A stretch of 64,000 nucleotides of DNA from an uncultured SAR86 cluster bacterium (GTDB lineage Bacteria; Pseudomonadota; Gammaproteobacteria; Magnimaribacterales; TMED112), in NCBI GenBank assembly GCA_902585315.1, contig CACIDC010000001.1, positions 102,520-166,519 of the forward strand. Reading direction: 5' to 3'. A model generated the notes under the pieces. The model saw only the letters and a list, made by a program, of their open reading frames with translations, had not been told where the DNA came from and ran no database searches. Each line of letters begins with the position of its first letter. The first letter of the stretch is position 1. This document shows, piece by piece, positions 50,998-60,932 of this stretch. Made by a program: the position numbers and the translations under genes.

Positions 50998-52095
50998 TTA
51001 TAAAAGCAGCGGCATTAATACAAGAACTTGGTTTGAGTCACCACTTTCAACAAGCGCACTCTTGTCGCTTCCAAAGCTTATAAGTGAAATTTCTTCTTCA
51101 TCAATAGTACCCAAAACCTCTTTGAGATAATTAACGTTAAATGCTATATCAAATTCATTGCCTGCGGATGTAACGTCTAATTTCTCTTCAGCAGACTCTT
51201 GGTCTGGGTTGTGCGCAGAAATGTCTAAGACCCCTGACTCTGTTTTTAGTTTTACGCCCTTAAACTTTTCACTAGTTAGAACGGACACTCTTGAAAGAGA
51301 ATCAAGCATATTTTTTCTGTTGAAAGTAATTTTTGAGCCTTCACCTTGTGGAACAACCTGATTGTAATTTGGGTAGTTGCCATCTATTAGTTTTGATTTA
51401 AATGTAAATTTTTTAGACATAAATACAATATTGTTGTTGTTAATATAAAACTCAATCTCATCTTCCTGTTTTGGTAAAATCTTCATTAACTCAATAACAG
51501 TTTTTCTTGGAACAATACCAGTAAAATCTCCCTCGCCCTCGAGATTTGATTTGTAAATTGCAAGCCTATGGGCGTCTGTGGCTACCATATTTATTGAGCT
51601 TCCTGTTTTTTCAAACAAACACCCATTTAAGTAGTGTCTCCAGTCTTGGTTTGCCATAGCAAAAGATGTTTTCAGGAATAACTCATAAAGTTTGTTTGGG
51701 GTAATTTTGTGGGTTGTATCACTTTTTATAACATCAAAGTCGGGAAAATCTGATCCGGGAATTGTCGACAAGTTATATTTTCCAGAAGAGGACTTAACAG
51801 TTAGTTTTGAGCTTTCTTCATTAAGCTCAAACGAAACCTGGCCCTCTGGAAGCTCTCTAATAATGTCGGCTGCTTTTTTTGCAGGGATAGTTGTTTCGCC
51901 TGGTTGTTCTATGTTTGCTCCACTCAAACAAACTTCAAGCTCCACCTCAAGATCTGTGCTTAAAAGTTTAATAGAATCTGCCTCACACCTTATAAGTATG
52001 TTGCTTAAAATGGGTAGGGTTTGTTTTTTATCAGCAACCGCGGCTAAAGACTGAAACTCACTAATTATCTCTGCTTTGTCTATTTTAAATTTCAT
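50998..52095 (-). CDS. dnaN: DNA polymerase III beta sliding clamp
   Basis: 365 aa. Three-domain clamp. Position between dnaA and recF. LPILSNILI motif. Confidence 0.92.
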   Translation of the reverse strand: MKFKIDKAEIISEFQSLAAVADKKQTLPILSNILIRCEADSIKLLSTDLEVELEVCLSGANIEQPGETTIPAKKAADIIRELPEGQVSFELNEESSKLTVKSSSGKYNLSTIPGSDFPDFDVIKSDTTHKITPNKLYELFLKTSFAMANQDWRHYLNGCLFEKTGSSINMVATDAHRLAIYKSNLEGEGDFTGIVPRKTVIELMKILPKQEDEIEFYINNNNIVFMSKKFTFKSKLIDGNYPNYNQVVPQGEGSKITFNRKNMLDSLSRVSVLTSEKFKGVKLKTESGVLDISAHNPDQESAEEKLDVTSAGNEFDIAFNVNYLKEVLGTIDEEEISLISFGSDKSALVESGDSNQVLVLMPLLL

Positions 52096-52096
52096 A

Positions 52097-53395
52097 TTAA
52101 GCTGAAAGACTTCTTCTTAACTTTTTATAATCTTCATCAATCTCAAGGTTATCTTTCTTGAGTTCTTTGGTTTTTTCGCAAGCATGAATAACTGTTGTGT
52201 GGTCCCTGCCCCCGAAGGCCTCCCCAATCTCAGGTAGGCTGTGATTGGTAAGCTCTTTGGAAAGCGCCATTGCAACCTGTCTTGGTCTTGCGATAGATCT
52301 GTTTCGTCTTTTTGAGAGCAAATCACTCATTTTAATATTGTAGTAGTCTGCTACCACTCTTTGGATGTTGCTAATTGTTACCATTTTTGCCTGAATTGCC
52401 AAAACATCTCTCAATGACTCTTTGATTAGTTCGATGTTTATTTCTGATTTAGCGAATTTTGCATTTGCAGCAACTCTTTTCAAAGCTCCCTCTAGCTCTC
52501 TTACGTTCGACTTAACTTGTTGCGCAATAAAAAAAGCGCATTCTTCAGGAAGCTCTAAACTCATTTCCTCTGCTTTTTTCAAAAGAATGGCTGTTCTTGT
52601 TTCAAGGGCTGGGGGATCAATTACCACAGACAAGCCCCAACCAAATCTTGATTTAAGCCTGTCTTCAAGCCCCTCTATTTCTTTAGGATATCTGTCACAA
52701 GAAAATATCATAATATTTCCACTTTCGATAAGGCTGTTAAATGTATGAAAGAGCTCGTCTTGGGATTGTTCTTTGCCCGCAAAAAACTGTATGTCATCTA
52801 TCAACAAGGCATTTAGGCCTCTGTAAAATTTTTTAAACTCGTTTATAGCTCCAAGCTGAAGGGCTTTTACCATGTCGCTCACAAACCTTTCAGAATGCAC
52901 ATAACAAATTTTTGCATTCGGTCTTTCTTCTAGCAGTTTGTTGCCAATAGCATGCATGAGGTGTGTTTTACCAAGCCCAACACCACCATACACAAACAAC
53001 GGGTTATATTCTGTTTGCGATGCTTGTTCAGCAACTTGTTGGGCTGCGGCCAAAGCTATTTGGTTGGATTTTCCTGTAACAAATGTGTCAAATGTGTAGT
53101 TTTTGTTTAGGCCGGTTGTTTGGGGTTGTGTTTGTGTAGATGATTTTACCAAAACATTTAATATGAACTTATTGCGCCCAATGTTGTTCTCAAGCAAGGT
53201 TGTTATTTGTGGCAAATATTTTTCTTTAAACAGGTCTCCAACAAAGTTGTTGGGCGCATAAATGTTAAAATTGTTTTCCTTTAAGTCAAACTGTAACGGC
53301 TTTATCCAGGAATTAATCTCGGTGCTGTTTAAATCTTTCTCTAGCTCTTTAACACACTGGTTAAAAATATTTATTGTAGAAACCTTGTTAGACAT
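52097..53395 (-). CDS. dnaA: chromosomal replication initiator protein DnaA
   Basis: 432 aa. [15 protein letters not shown] Walker [10 protein letters not shown]-terminal [11 protein letters not shown]-binding motif. Confidence 0.95.
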   Translation of the reverse strand: MSNKVSTINIFNQCVKELEKDLNSTEINSWIKPLQFDLKENNFNIYAPNNFVGDLFKEKYLPQITTLLENNIGRNKFILNVLVKSSTQTQPQTTGLNKNYTFDTFVTGKSNQIALAAAQQVAEQASQTEYNPLFVYGGVGLGKTHLMHAIGNKLLEERPNAKICYVHSERFVSDMVKALQLGAINEFKKFYRGLNALLIDDIQFFAGKEQSQDELFHTFNSLIESGNIMIFSCDRYPKEIEGLEDRLKSRFGWGLSVVIDPPALETRTAILLKKAEEMSLELPEECAFFIAQQVKSNVRELEGALKRVAANAKFAKSEINIELIKESLRDVLAIQAKMVTISNIQRVVADYYNIKMSDLLSKRRNRSIARPRQVAMALSKELTNHSLPEIGEAFGGRDHTTVIHACEKTKELKKDNLEIDEDYKKLRRSLSA

Positions 53396-53403
53396 GTTGA
53401 TAA
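53395..53403 (-). promoter_or_regulatory. DnaA box, 8/9 match (TTATCAACA on the minus strand), overlapping the dnaA start codon
   Basis: The plus strand reads TGTTGATAA. The consensus is TTATCCACA. Confidence 0.5.
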
Positions 53404-53464
53404 GTTTATAATACTTAAGCTTTTTAAAACATGTAATAAATACGTTGTTTTTTTGTTAAAAAAC

Positions 53465-53473
53465 TGTGGATAA
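53465..53473 (-). promoter_or_regulatory. DnaA box, perfect 9/9 consensus (TTATCCACA on the minus strand)
   Basis: The plus strand reads TGTGGATAA. The box ends 2 nt before the rpmH ATG. Confidence 0.7.
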
Positions 53474-53475
53474 AT

Positions 53476-53610
53476 ATGAAAAGAACATTAAAAGTAACAA
53501 ACATTAAAAGAAAACGAACCCACGGGTTCCGGGAAAGAATGTCAACCAAGGCTGGCAGGTCTGTGCTGTCAAACAGAAGGTCAAAAGGCAGAAAGTCTTT
53601 GGCTGTATAA
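53476..53610 (+). CDS. rpmH: 50S ribosomal protein L34
   Basis: Read by hand: [44 protein letters not shown]. Confidence 0.9.
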   Translation: MKRTLKVTNIKRKRTHGFRERMSTKAGRSVLSNRRSKGRKSLAV

Positions 53611-53615
53611 CCTTA

Positions 53616-53933
53616 ATGGGCAAAGATTTTTCCCTCTCAAAAAACCTGAGAAGAAAAAAACTTACCAAAGAAATGTTTGGGTGGAGGGTTTGTAACGTAA
53701 CAGATGGTGTTTCTGTTTTTTTTAACACCAACAAAAACAAAAACACAGTTTTAGTGTCAGTTCCAAAAAAAGCCGTCAAAGAGGCTTACAAAAGAAACCT
53801 TCTCAAAAGAAAAGCTAAAGAAGTGTTTAGATTGAATGCTAAGAGAGATAAGTCAACAGATTATTTGATAAGATTTAACAAGTTTGTTGAAGGTTTTGAA
53901 AGCAGCCTTGAGGATTTTTTTAAAAATGTTTAA
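53616..53933 (+). CDS. rnpA: ribonuclease P protein component
   Basis: 105 aa. Basic. KKAVKEAYKRNLLKRKAKEVFR resembles the RNR motif. Follows rpmH. Confidence 0.8.
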   Translation: MGKDFSLSKNLRRKKLTKEMFGWRVCNVTDGVSVFFNTNKNKNTVLVSVPKKAVKEAYKRNLLKRKAKEVFRLNAKRDKSTDYLIRFNKFVEGFESSLEDFFKNV

Positions 53934-55431
53934 CCCAAGAACAATATTCGCGTCTCTGTCCCTGGTTTTAGTTTTGGGGCTAATCTACGAGTGGAACTCT
54001 AGCAGCAAATCAACAAAGCTTGAGCGCTCTGTTTTGGTTCAAAACTCCGCAGGAGCTTCTGGGTATGAAAAGATAAGTAACGGCAGTCTCGACGTATATA
54101 TTGATATTGCTGATGGCTCAATAAAGGAGGCCCACCTTTATGAAAAAGAGCGGGGAGATGGTCTTGTTAAAACCAGACTAATGTCTGATGACGACCTTTT
54201 AAAGTTTTACTTTAAAACCTCTATCTCAGGCTTTAAAAACGATGAGCCTTTTAAAATTAAGGACAAAACAAGCGACTCCTTAGTTTTGGTGGGGTCAGAC
54301 CCAAACAACAACACCCTTGAAAAGGTTTTTTATTTTGAGGGCCCAAACATAGTAAAGGTTGACGATAGTTTGGGGTTGGTTTCTTCCTCTTTTGGCAACA
54401 TCTCGGCATTTAAAACTTTCTACCGAAACAAGAACAAGTCAATTGATTATGGGGTTTCTTTCTCAAGAGACCATCTGGCATACAGTACAAGTGATGATGT
54501 ATTTAATGACGAACAGATTACTTCTATAAGAAACAGAGAGGACTATACAGGAAATTGGATTGGCTACTCGCAAAAACATTTTGTGGTTGCGGTTTTTGAC
54601 AAAAACAATCAACAAAAAATTTCACTTTACCCACAAGACGAAAATGGTGTTTACCGTTTTGGTTTTTCGGAGGAGGCTGTGCCAACTTCTGGGGGTTACG
54701 TTTCTACAACCAGTTTGTTTTTGGGCCCTAAACAAAAAACTGTTTTAGAGCCTGTTGCTCCACACTTCAAATACAACCTTGATCTTGGTTTTGTGTACGG
54801 GATAGGCGAGTTCCTTATTGTGGTGCTTAACTTTTTCCATTCTTTGGTGGGGGACTGGGGTTTCGCAATTGTTTTGCTAACCCTTTTGTTTAAGCTGCTC
54901 TTGTCTCCTCTTCAAATAATGCAAATAAACTCCATGGTGAAAATGAGAAAGCTTCAACCAAAAATACAAGAAATACAAGACATGCACAAAAACGACCAAC
55001 AAAAAATCGGCATGGAAATGATGCAGCTCTACAAGAAAGAAAAATTTAACCCTTTGGCTGGTTGTTTTCCCATGATTCCACAAATACCCATTTTCTTGGC
55101 TATGTTCTGGGTAACAAGAGAGGCGTTTGAGTTTAGAGGCGCTTCCTTCTTGTGGATTCCTGATCTCGCTGAATCCGATCCTTATATGATCGCTCCAGTT
55201 CTTATGGGCTTGATGATGTATTTGTCTCAAATGATGATGCCGAAGCCTCCCCAGTCCCAAGGGATGCAGGCTCAGATTTCTCGTCAGATGATGATAGTTT
55301 TTCCACCCATGTTGACCCTTATTTTTTTATTCATGCCTGCTGGTGTCGTCATTTATTCCGTCATCAACATGGCTCTTTCAATTATTCCTCAAGCATTAAT
55401 TTTAAGAAGCGTAGACCCCGATGGTCGGTAA
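53926..55431 (+). CDS. yidC: membrane protein insertase YidC
   Basis: Start chosen at MFNPRTIFASLSL (ATG 53926). It has a periplasmic domain followed by the conserved 60-kDa insertase core (PLQIMQINSMVKMRKLQPKIQEIQ, NPLAGCFPM). Confidence 0.9.
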   Translation: MFNPRTIFASLSLVLVLGLIYEWNSSSKSTKLERSVLVQNSAGASGYEKISNGSLDVYIDIADGSIKEAHLYEKERGDGLVKTRLMSDDDLLKFYFKTSISGFKNDEPFKIKDKTSDSLVLVGSDPNNNTLEKVFYFEGPNIVKVDDSLGLVSSSFGNISAFKTFYRNKNKSIDYGVSFSRDHLAYSTSDDVFNDEQITSIRNREDYTGNWIGYSQKHFVVAVFDKNNQQKISLYPQDENGVYRFGFSEEAVPTSGGYVSTTSLFLGPKQKTVLEPVAPHFKYNLDLGFVYGIGEFLIVVLNFFHSLVGDWGFAIVLLTLLFKLLLSPLQIMQINSMVKMRKLQPKIQEIQDMHKNDQQKIGMEMMQLYKKEKFNPLAGCFPMIPQIPIFLAMFWVTREAFEFRGASFLWIPDLAESDPYMIAPVLMGLMMYLSQMMMPKPPQSQGMQAQISRQMMIVFPPMLTLIFLFMPAGVVIYSVINMALSIIPQALILRSVDPDGR

Positions 55432-56713
55432 AGGTCTTGATCCTATATTTGCACAAGGGTCAGCTCCCGGCCGGTCTGCCATAGCTGTGGTTCGTTTGTC
55501 AGGCAAGCTTCCAGCCTCTCTTTACGAAGAATTAAAAATAAACAAAAATGAGCGATCCTTTTTTTTAAGAGAAATTAATTTTGGTAGTTTTGCGGACAGC
55601 TGTCTTGTTCTTAACTTTCCTGCTCCAGGCTCCTATACCGGAGAAAGTATGCTTGAAATTCAGTCACACGGAAATCAGCTAATCGTTGCTGAGATTTTTC
55701 AGTGGCTTGAGGAGAGGGGCTTAAGAGAAGCAGAGCCGGGCGAGTTTAGCAAAAGGGCTTTTTTAAACAACAAAATTAGTCTTGTGCAGGCTGAGGGAAT
55801 TTCTCTGGGTATAGAGGCAGAAACGAAAGACCAGCTGGTTGCCTTAGATTCTTTTAGGTCGGGGGTGTTATCAAAAAAAATTGAAAGCGTAATGTCTCAG
55901 CTCAATGGTGTCTTGGTAGAGCTGGAGGCTCAGCTTGATTTTTCAGATGAAGAGGATGTTGTAGACACAAGGTCTAGCGTCATTCAGGATTCTCTTAATT
56001 GCGTGCTTATAGAGCTGTCTGATTTGTTAAAAAATTATGGTCCCTATGAAAAAAACTCACTTAAGAAAAAGGTGGTGTTGGTGGGTCGTCCCAATGTTGG
56101 CAAGTCATCCATATTTAATTCTTTATTAAACGAAGACGTGGCAATTGTATCGCAAAAAGCTGGCACAACAAGAGATGTGGTAAGGAAGGTTTTGCCGCTT
56201 TCAGGGTTTGAGGTTGAGATTGAAGACACCGCGGGGCTTCGTCCTGAAACAAACGATGAAATTGAAAAATCTGGTATGAATCTATCAGTTAAGGCTGCCG
56301 CGGCTGCTGATTTGTTGATATATGTAACGGATGACCCTGAAGAAACTGTGCCACAAGAGTTTAAAGACCATTCTTTTTTGGTTTTAAACAAGTGCGACTT
56401 AAGTCCGCCTCCTCCTTCATTCTCGGGGCTTTCGGTTTCTGCAAAAACTGGGGAAGGTATGGGTCTGTTGCTTGAAAAACTGAACAGCCTAGTATCAAGC
56501 AGCTCTGGGCAAAAACTAATTTCCGAAAGAACTCATAAAAAGCTTGAGAGTGCAAAGAAGATAGTATCAAAAAAAGCTAGCGGTGCTGATTTTTTCGAAA
56601 TGACTGCCCAAAACATAAGAGACGCGAACCAAGAGCTTAACGAAATATATGGAGAGCTCGACAACGAGAAGATTCTTGATCAGATTTTTAACAACTTCTG
56701 TATAGGCAAATAG
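55421..56713 (+). CDS. mnmE: tRNA modification GTPase MnmE
   Basis: 430 aa. GRPNVGKSSIFN G1 motif. DTAGLR motif. C-terminal CIGK. Confidence 0.92.
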   Translation: MVGKGLDPIFAQGSAPGRSAIAVVRLSGKLPASLYEELKINKNERSFFLREINFGSFADSCLVLNFPAPGSYTGESMLEIQSHGNQLIVAEIFQWLEERGLREAEPGEFSKRAFLNNKISLVQAEGISLGIEAETKDQLVALDSFRSGVLSKKIESVMSQLNGVLVELEAQLDFSDEEDVVDTRSSVIQDSLNCVLIELSDLLKNYGPYEKNSLKKKVVLVGRPNVGKSSIFNSLLNEDVAIVSQKAGTTRDVVRKVLPLSGFEVEIEDTAGLRPETNDEIEKSGMNLSVKAAAAADLLIYVTDDPEETVPQEFKDHSFLVLNKCDLSPPPPSFSGLSVSAKTGEGMGLLLEKLNSLVSSSSGQKLISERTHKKLESAKKIVSKKASGADFFEMTAQNIRDANQELNEIYGELDNEKILDQIFNNFCIGK

Positions 56714-56897
56714 CTTTACTGTTAGTTTTTTGTGGATGTTTTTTTAATCACATGCTATCAACAGCCTAAGAGCTCTAAATAAAGATCTTAAACACAAATA
56801 ACCCCTCCTTTTCATTTTTCATAAAAGCCTTATAAAAAGGTATAATTCGAAGTTATTAACAGGAAAACCAACCCTAAACAATAATAATAAACAAAAG

Positions 56898-58712
56898 ATG
56901 AATAATATATTTGATTTAGTAGTAATAGGAGGGGGTCACGCAGGAGTGGAAGCTGTGCTTGCTGGAAAACGCATGGGCCACAATGTTGCACTAATTACAT
57001 TAGACAAAACTAAAACAGGACGCATGTCTTGCAACCCAGCCATAGGAGGTATCGGTAAAACACATCTGGCAAAAGAGATAGATGCTCTTGGCGGCTATAT
57101 GGCAGAAGCAACTGATTTGTCGGGCATTCAATTTAGAACTCTTAATAAAAAGAAGGGGCCAGCTGTACAAGCAACAAGAGCTCAGGCAGACAAAGAGCTT
57201 TACGAAAAAACTATTCAAGCGAAGCTTGAGAAAGAGCAAATTGATGTGTTCGAAGATGAGGTTATAGATTTTGAAGAAAAGAATGGTGAGATTTTTGCTG
57301 CTGTTGGTAAAAATAAAAAATACAAAGCTAAAGCATTTGTGCTTACAACAGGAACATTTTTGAATGGAGCAATTTTAATTGGAAATAACAAAAGAGAAGG
57401 CGGCAGGATAGATGAAAAAAAAGCTACAGGCTTAGAAAAATTTTTTGAAAAACAGGATCTTATGCTGGGGCGCCTTAAAACTGGCACACCACCTAGACTT
57501 GCAAAAGAGACCATAAATTTTGAAGTCTTGGAAGAACAACCAGGAGACCAAGAAGTTTGCTATATGTCTTTTTTAGAAAACAAAAACGCTCACCCGAAAC
57601 AAGTTTCCTGTTTTATCACTAAAACAAACAAGAAAACTCACAATATCATTAAAAAAAATATAAAAAAATCTGCCATGTATTCCGGGCTTATTAGTGGTGT
57701 TGGGCCCAGATACTGTCCTTCAATAGAAGACAAGATAATGAGGTTTTCATCAAAAGATAGCCACCAGATTTTCGTGGAACCAGAGGGTTTGGAAAGTAAT
57801 TGGGTTTATCCAAACGGCATTTCTACGAGCCTTCCAGGAGAAGTGCAAGAAGAATACATTAGGTCTATCGAGGGCTTTGAAAGTGCAAAAATATTGCAGC
57901 AAGGCTATGCTGTTGAGTACGATTACATTGACCCAAGAAATCTCGAAAAGACCCTTAGATTAAAAAACTTTAAAAACCTCTTTTTGGCCGGACAGATCAA
58001 CGGCACAACAGGTTACGAAGAAGCAGGAGCACAAGGAATGGTTGCAGGCATAAACGCCTCCCTGTTGGTTCAGAAAAAAACAGAATGGATTCCCCAAAGA
58101 CAAAACAGCTATATGGGTGTGTTGGTGGACGATCTAACAAGGTTTGGCGTAAGTGAGCCCTATCGGATGTTTACATCTAGAGCAGAACACAGGCTGGTGC
58201 TGAGACAAGACAATGCTGACGAAAGAATGTTTGAGGCTGGCAAACATATGGGACTAATCAACAAAGAAAGAGAAGAGGCCTTTTTGAAAAAGCAAAAAGA
58301 AAAAAAACAAAATTTTGAACAGCTGAGAAAAACAAAGATAAAGCTCGGAGACCAAACCAAAACAGCTCACGATCTTTGTAAAAGGAACGACTTCACCATG
58401 GAAGATGTAAAGGAAAGGCTGGAGAGAACCAACAAACGGTTTGGAGAAACATATTACGACATACGCTACTCCGGCTATGTAGACAAACAAAGGAGAGAGC
58501 TTGAAAAAATGCGAAATCTAGAAGAGCACGATTTAGGGTTAATCTTCGATTATGCCGAGGTTGTCGGGCTTTCTGGAGAGGTTAAAGAAAAGCTCAACAA
58601 AACAAAACCGAAAAACCTTCTTGAGGCCGCAGGGGTAGAAGGCATAACACCGGCTGCCTTAAATGTGTTAGCCATTCACCTGAAAAAAATTGATGCAATC
58701 AGAACAAGCTGA
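56898..58712 (+). CDS. mnmG: tRNA uridine 5-carboxymethylaminomethyl modification enzyme MnmG
   Basis: 604 aa. VIGGGHAGVEA FAD motif. GPRYCPSIEDK motif. Confidence 0.95.
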   Translation: MNNIFDLVVIGGGHAGVEAVLAGKRMGHNVALITLDKTKTGRMSCNPAIGGIGKTHLAKEIDALGGYMAEATDLSGIQFRTLNKKKGPAVQATRAQADKELYEKTIQAKLEKEQIDVFEDEVIDFEEKNGEIFAAVGKNKKYKAKAFVLTTGTFLNGAILIGNNKREGGRIDEKKATGLEKFFEKQDLMLGRLKTGTPPRLAKETINFEVLEEQPGDQEVCYMSFLENKNAHPKQVSCFITKTNKKTHNIIKKNIKKSAMYSGLISGVGPRYCPSIEDKIMRFSSKDSHQIFVEPEGLESNWVYPNGISTSLPGEVQEEYIRSIEGFESAKILQQGYAVEYDYIDPRNLEKTLRLKNFKNLFLAGQINGTTGYEEAGAQGMVAGINASLLVQKKTEWIPQRQNSYMGVLVDDLTRFGVSEPYRMFTSRAEHRLVLRQDNADERMFEAGKHMGLINKEREEAFLKKQKEKKQNFEQLRKTKIKLGDQTKTAHDLCKRNDFTMEDVKERLERTNKRFGETYYDIRYSGYVDKQRRELEKMRNLEEHDLGLIFDYAEVVGLSGEVKEKLNKTKPKNLLEAAGVEGITPAALNVLAIHLKKIDAIRTS

Positions 58713-59268
58713 AATGCTTAAAAGGCTCGCGAACCTTATCGCAGAAAAAAACAAACAACACAACCTCACTTCTGCAAGAACACCAGAAGAGATTTATAAA
58801 ACTCATATCAACGACTGTGTTCAAGCTTTTAAAAAGGCACAAAAAACTCTCAGAAAAACAGTGATAGATTGTGGTTCTGGAGCAGGGCTGCCTGGTCTTG
58901 TTTGGGCCACACTAGACCCCAACAAAAAAATTTACACCGTAGACAGCACAAACAAAAAGACAGCATTTCAAAAGCTCGCAATAAGAGAGCTGGCTCTCGA
59001 AAATGTGGTCGCCGTTAATGACAGGATCCAAAACGTAGTTCTAGACCAAGAAAACACGGTGGTGTTTAAGGCCTTTTCCTCTGTCAAAGAAGGGGTCCTT
59101 AGCCTCAACAAAAAAAACAATCACAAAAACATACTTTTTCTAAAAAAGGACGATGAAAAAACAGAACAAGAGATAACAGAAGCGTCTTCTTTGTTATATG
59201 ATTACAAAAGGCACGAGTATGCTTCAAACAACACAAAGATGCTCGTGCTTGAGCTTTATGACAGTTAA
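58693..59268 (+). CDS. rsmG: 16S rRNA (guanine527-N7)-methyltransferase RsmG
   Basis: NLTS...H..D and DCGSGAGLPG SAM motifs. An alternative start at ATG 58714 is possible. Confidence 0.85.
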   Translation: MQSEQAEMLKRLANLIAEKNKQHNLTSARTPEEIYKTHINDCVQAFKKAQKTLRKTVIDCGSGAGLPGLVWATLDPNKKIYTVDSTNKKTAFQKLAIRELALENVVAVNDRIQNVVLDQENTVVFKAFSSVKEGVLSLNKKNNHKNILFLKKDDEKTEQEITEASSLLYDYKRHEYASNNTKMLVLELYDS

Positions 59269-60040
59269 AATAGCCGTAACAAACCAAAAGGGCGGGGTTG
59301 GAAAAACAACAACGGCGGTAAACTTGGCAGCGACACTTGCCAAAGTCAATAAAAAAGTTCTTCTGATTGATATTGATCCCCAAGCCAACGCAACTTCGGC
59401 AGCAGGCATAGAAAAAAACACCAAAGATTCGCTTTATGAGTTTTTTGAAAACAATTTAAGCTTAAACGCGTGTGTGGTGAAGGCCAGCGGGGGGTACGAA
59501 ATATTGCCCGCCAACTCAAACCTCATAGCCACAGAAAAAATCATAGAACAAACAAACTACAGAGAAAAATATTTTTCAAAACACCTTAAAAAAGACACCA
59601 ATAAGTACGATTATATTTTGTTTGACTGCCCCCCATCCTTAAACCTTTTAACCATAAACGCTATGGAGTATTGCAAAAAGGTTTTGGTGCCTGTGCAGTG
59701 TGAGTATTATGCCCTCGAGGGCCTCGTTACCCTGAAGAGCACAATCGATCAGCTTAATGCGGCTCTTGGGTTAAGAATTGAGATAGTTGCTATTCTTAGA
59801 ACAATGGCTGATTGGCGCAACCGCTTAACCAGAGAGGTGTCTGACCAGCTCGAAAAACACTTTAAAAAAACAGTGCTTAACACAATAATACCAAGAAATG
59901 TTAGGTTAGCAGAGGCTCCCAGCTATGGCCAATCCATAGTTGATTATGATATAAAGTCAATTGGTGCGGAGGCTTTTTTTAGCCTGTCCGGCGAGTTTAT
60001 TAGGAAATTTGAAAATGGCAAAAAAAACATCTCTAAATAA
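59258..60040 (+). CDS. parA: chromosome partitioning ATPase ParA/Soj
   Basis: Start chosen at MTVKIAVTNQKGGVGKTTT (deviant Walker A). Confidence 0.9.
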   Translation: MTVKIAVTNQKGGVGKTTTAVNLAATLAKVNKKVLLIDIDPQANATSAAGIEKNTKDSLYEFFENNLSLNACVVKASGGYEILPANSNLIATEKIIEQTNYREKYFSKHLKKDTNKYDYILFDCPPSLNLLTINAMEYCKKVLVPVQCEYYALEGLVTLKSTIDQLNAALGLRIEIVAILRTMADWRNRLTREVSDQLEKHFKKTVLNTIIPRNVRLAEAPSYGQSIVDYDIKSIGAEAFFSLSGEFIRKFENGKKNISK

Positions 60041-60890
60041 AGGGCTTCAGGCCTTGTTGGGTGAGGTTGCACCGAAAACGACATCACCCAAAACCCCATC
60101 AAACAACACCAAAAAACCAAAGAACAACACACCAAGCAGCGAGATTAATATAAGTTCGATCAAAGCGAACCAATACCAACCAAGAACCACTTTTGATGAG
60201 AAAAAACTAAAAGAACTTTCAGATTCAATTAAGAAACACGGTGTAATTCAACCAGTTTTGCTTAGGCAGGAAGGCAAAAACTTTGAGCTAATAGCCGGAG
60301 AAAGAAGGCTTAGGGCGTCAAAGCTTGCTGGCCTTAAAAAAATACCTGCAGTTGTTGCAAAAATTTCTAATACACAATCACTTGAGATCGCAATACTAGA
60401 AAACATTCAAAGGGAAGACCTTAACCCACTTGAGGTTTCAAAAGGTTACCAGAGGCTAAAAGAAGAATTTGGCTACACACAAGACCAGGTCGCCAAAAGC
60501 GTTGGAAAACCTCGAAGCTCAATAGCAAATTCATTAAGGCTGTTAACTTTGCCAGAAAAAGCCCAAAATGAGCTGGAAAAAGGTTCTATATCAGAAGGAC
60601 ATGCTAAGGTTTTGTTGGGGGTTGACCCGTCGAAACTAGAAGGGATTCTTGAAAAAATCTTATCAGAGCAGCTCTCGGTTAGGGCTCTAGAAAGCTCACT
60701 CAACAACACAATTAAAAACCAAAGCAAAAAGAAAGACAAATCAAGAGATGAGCTCAACCTAGAATCAGCGCTTAGCTCAAAACTCGGTTCAAAGGTAACA
60801 ATTGATGACATCAAAGGTAAGGGAAAAATGACTATCAAATATTATTCCTATGATGAGCTAGATGGAATCATTGAGAAAATATCGTCCTAA
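60015..60890 (+). CDS. parB: chromosome partitioning protein ParB/Spo0J
   Basis: Start chosen at MAKKTSLNKGLQALLG. IQPVLLR and IAGERRLRAS motifs. Helix-turn-helix region. Confidence 0.9.
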   Translation: MAKKTSLNKGLQALLGEVAPKTTSPKTPSNNTKKPKNNTPSSEINISSIKANQYQPRTTFDEKKLKELSDSIKKHGVIQPVLLRQEGKNFELIAGERRLRASKLAGLKKIPAVVAKISNTQSLEIAILENIQREDLNPLEVSKGYQRLKEEFGYTQDQVAKSVGKPRSSIANSLRLLTLPEKAQNELEKGSISEGHAKVLLGVDPSKLEGILEKILSEQLSVRALESSLNNTIKNQSKKKDKSRDELNLESALSSKLGSKVTIDDIKGKGKMTIKYYSYDELDGIIEKISS

Positions 60891-60932
60891 CCCTGTAAAG
60901 AATCTAAAAAATACATTAAAATTACGGCACCC

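Noticed and set aside
59258-60890. parA and parB as plasmid or island partition genes.
   Set aside because: They lie in the canonical chromosomal mnmG-rsmG-parA-parB-atp order next to the replication origin block.
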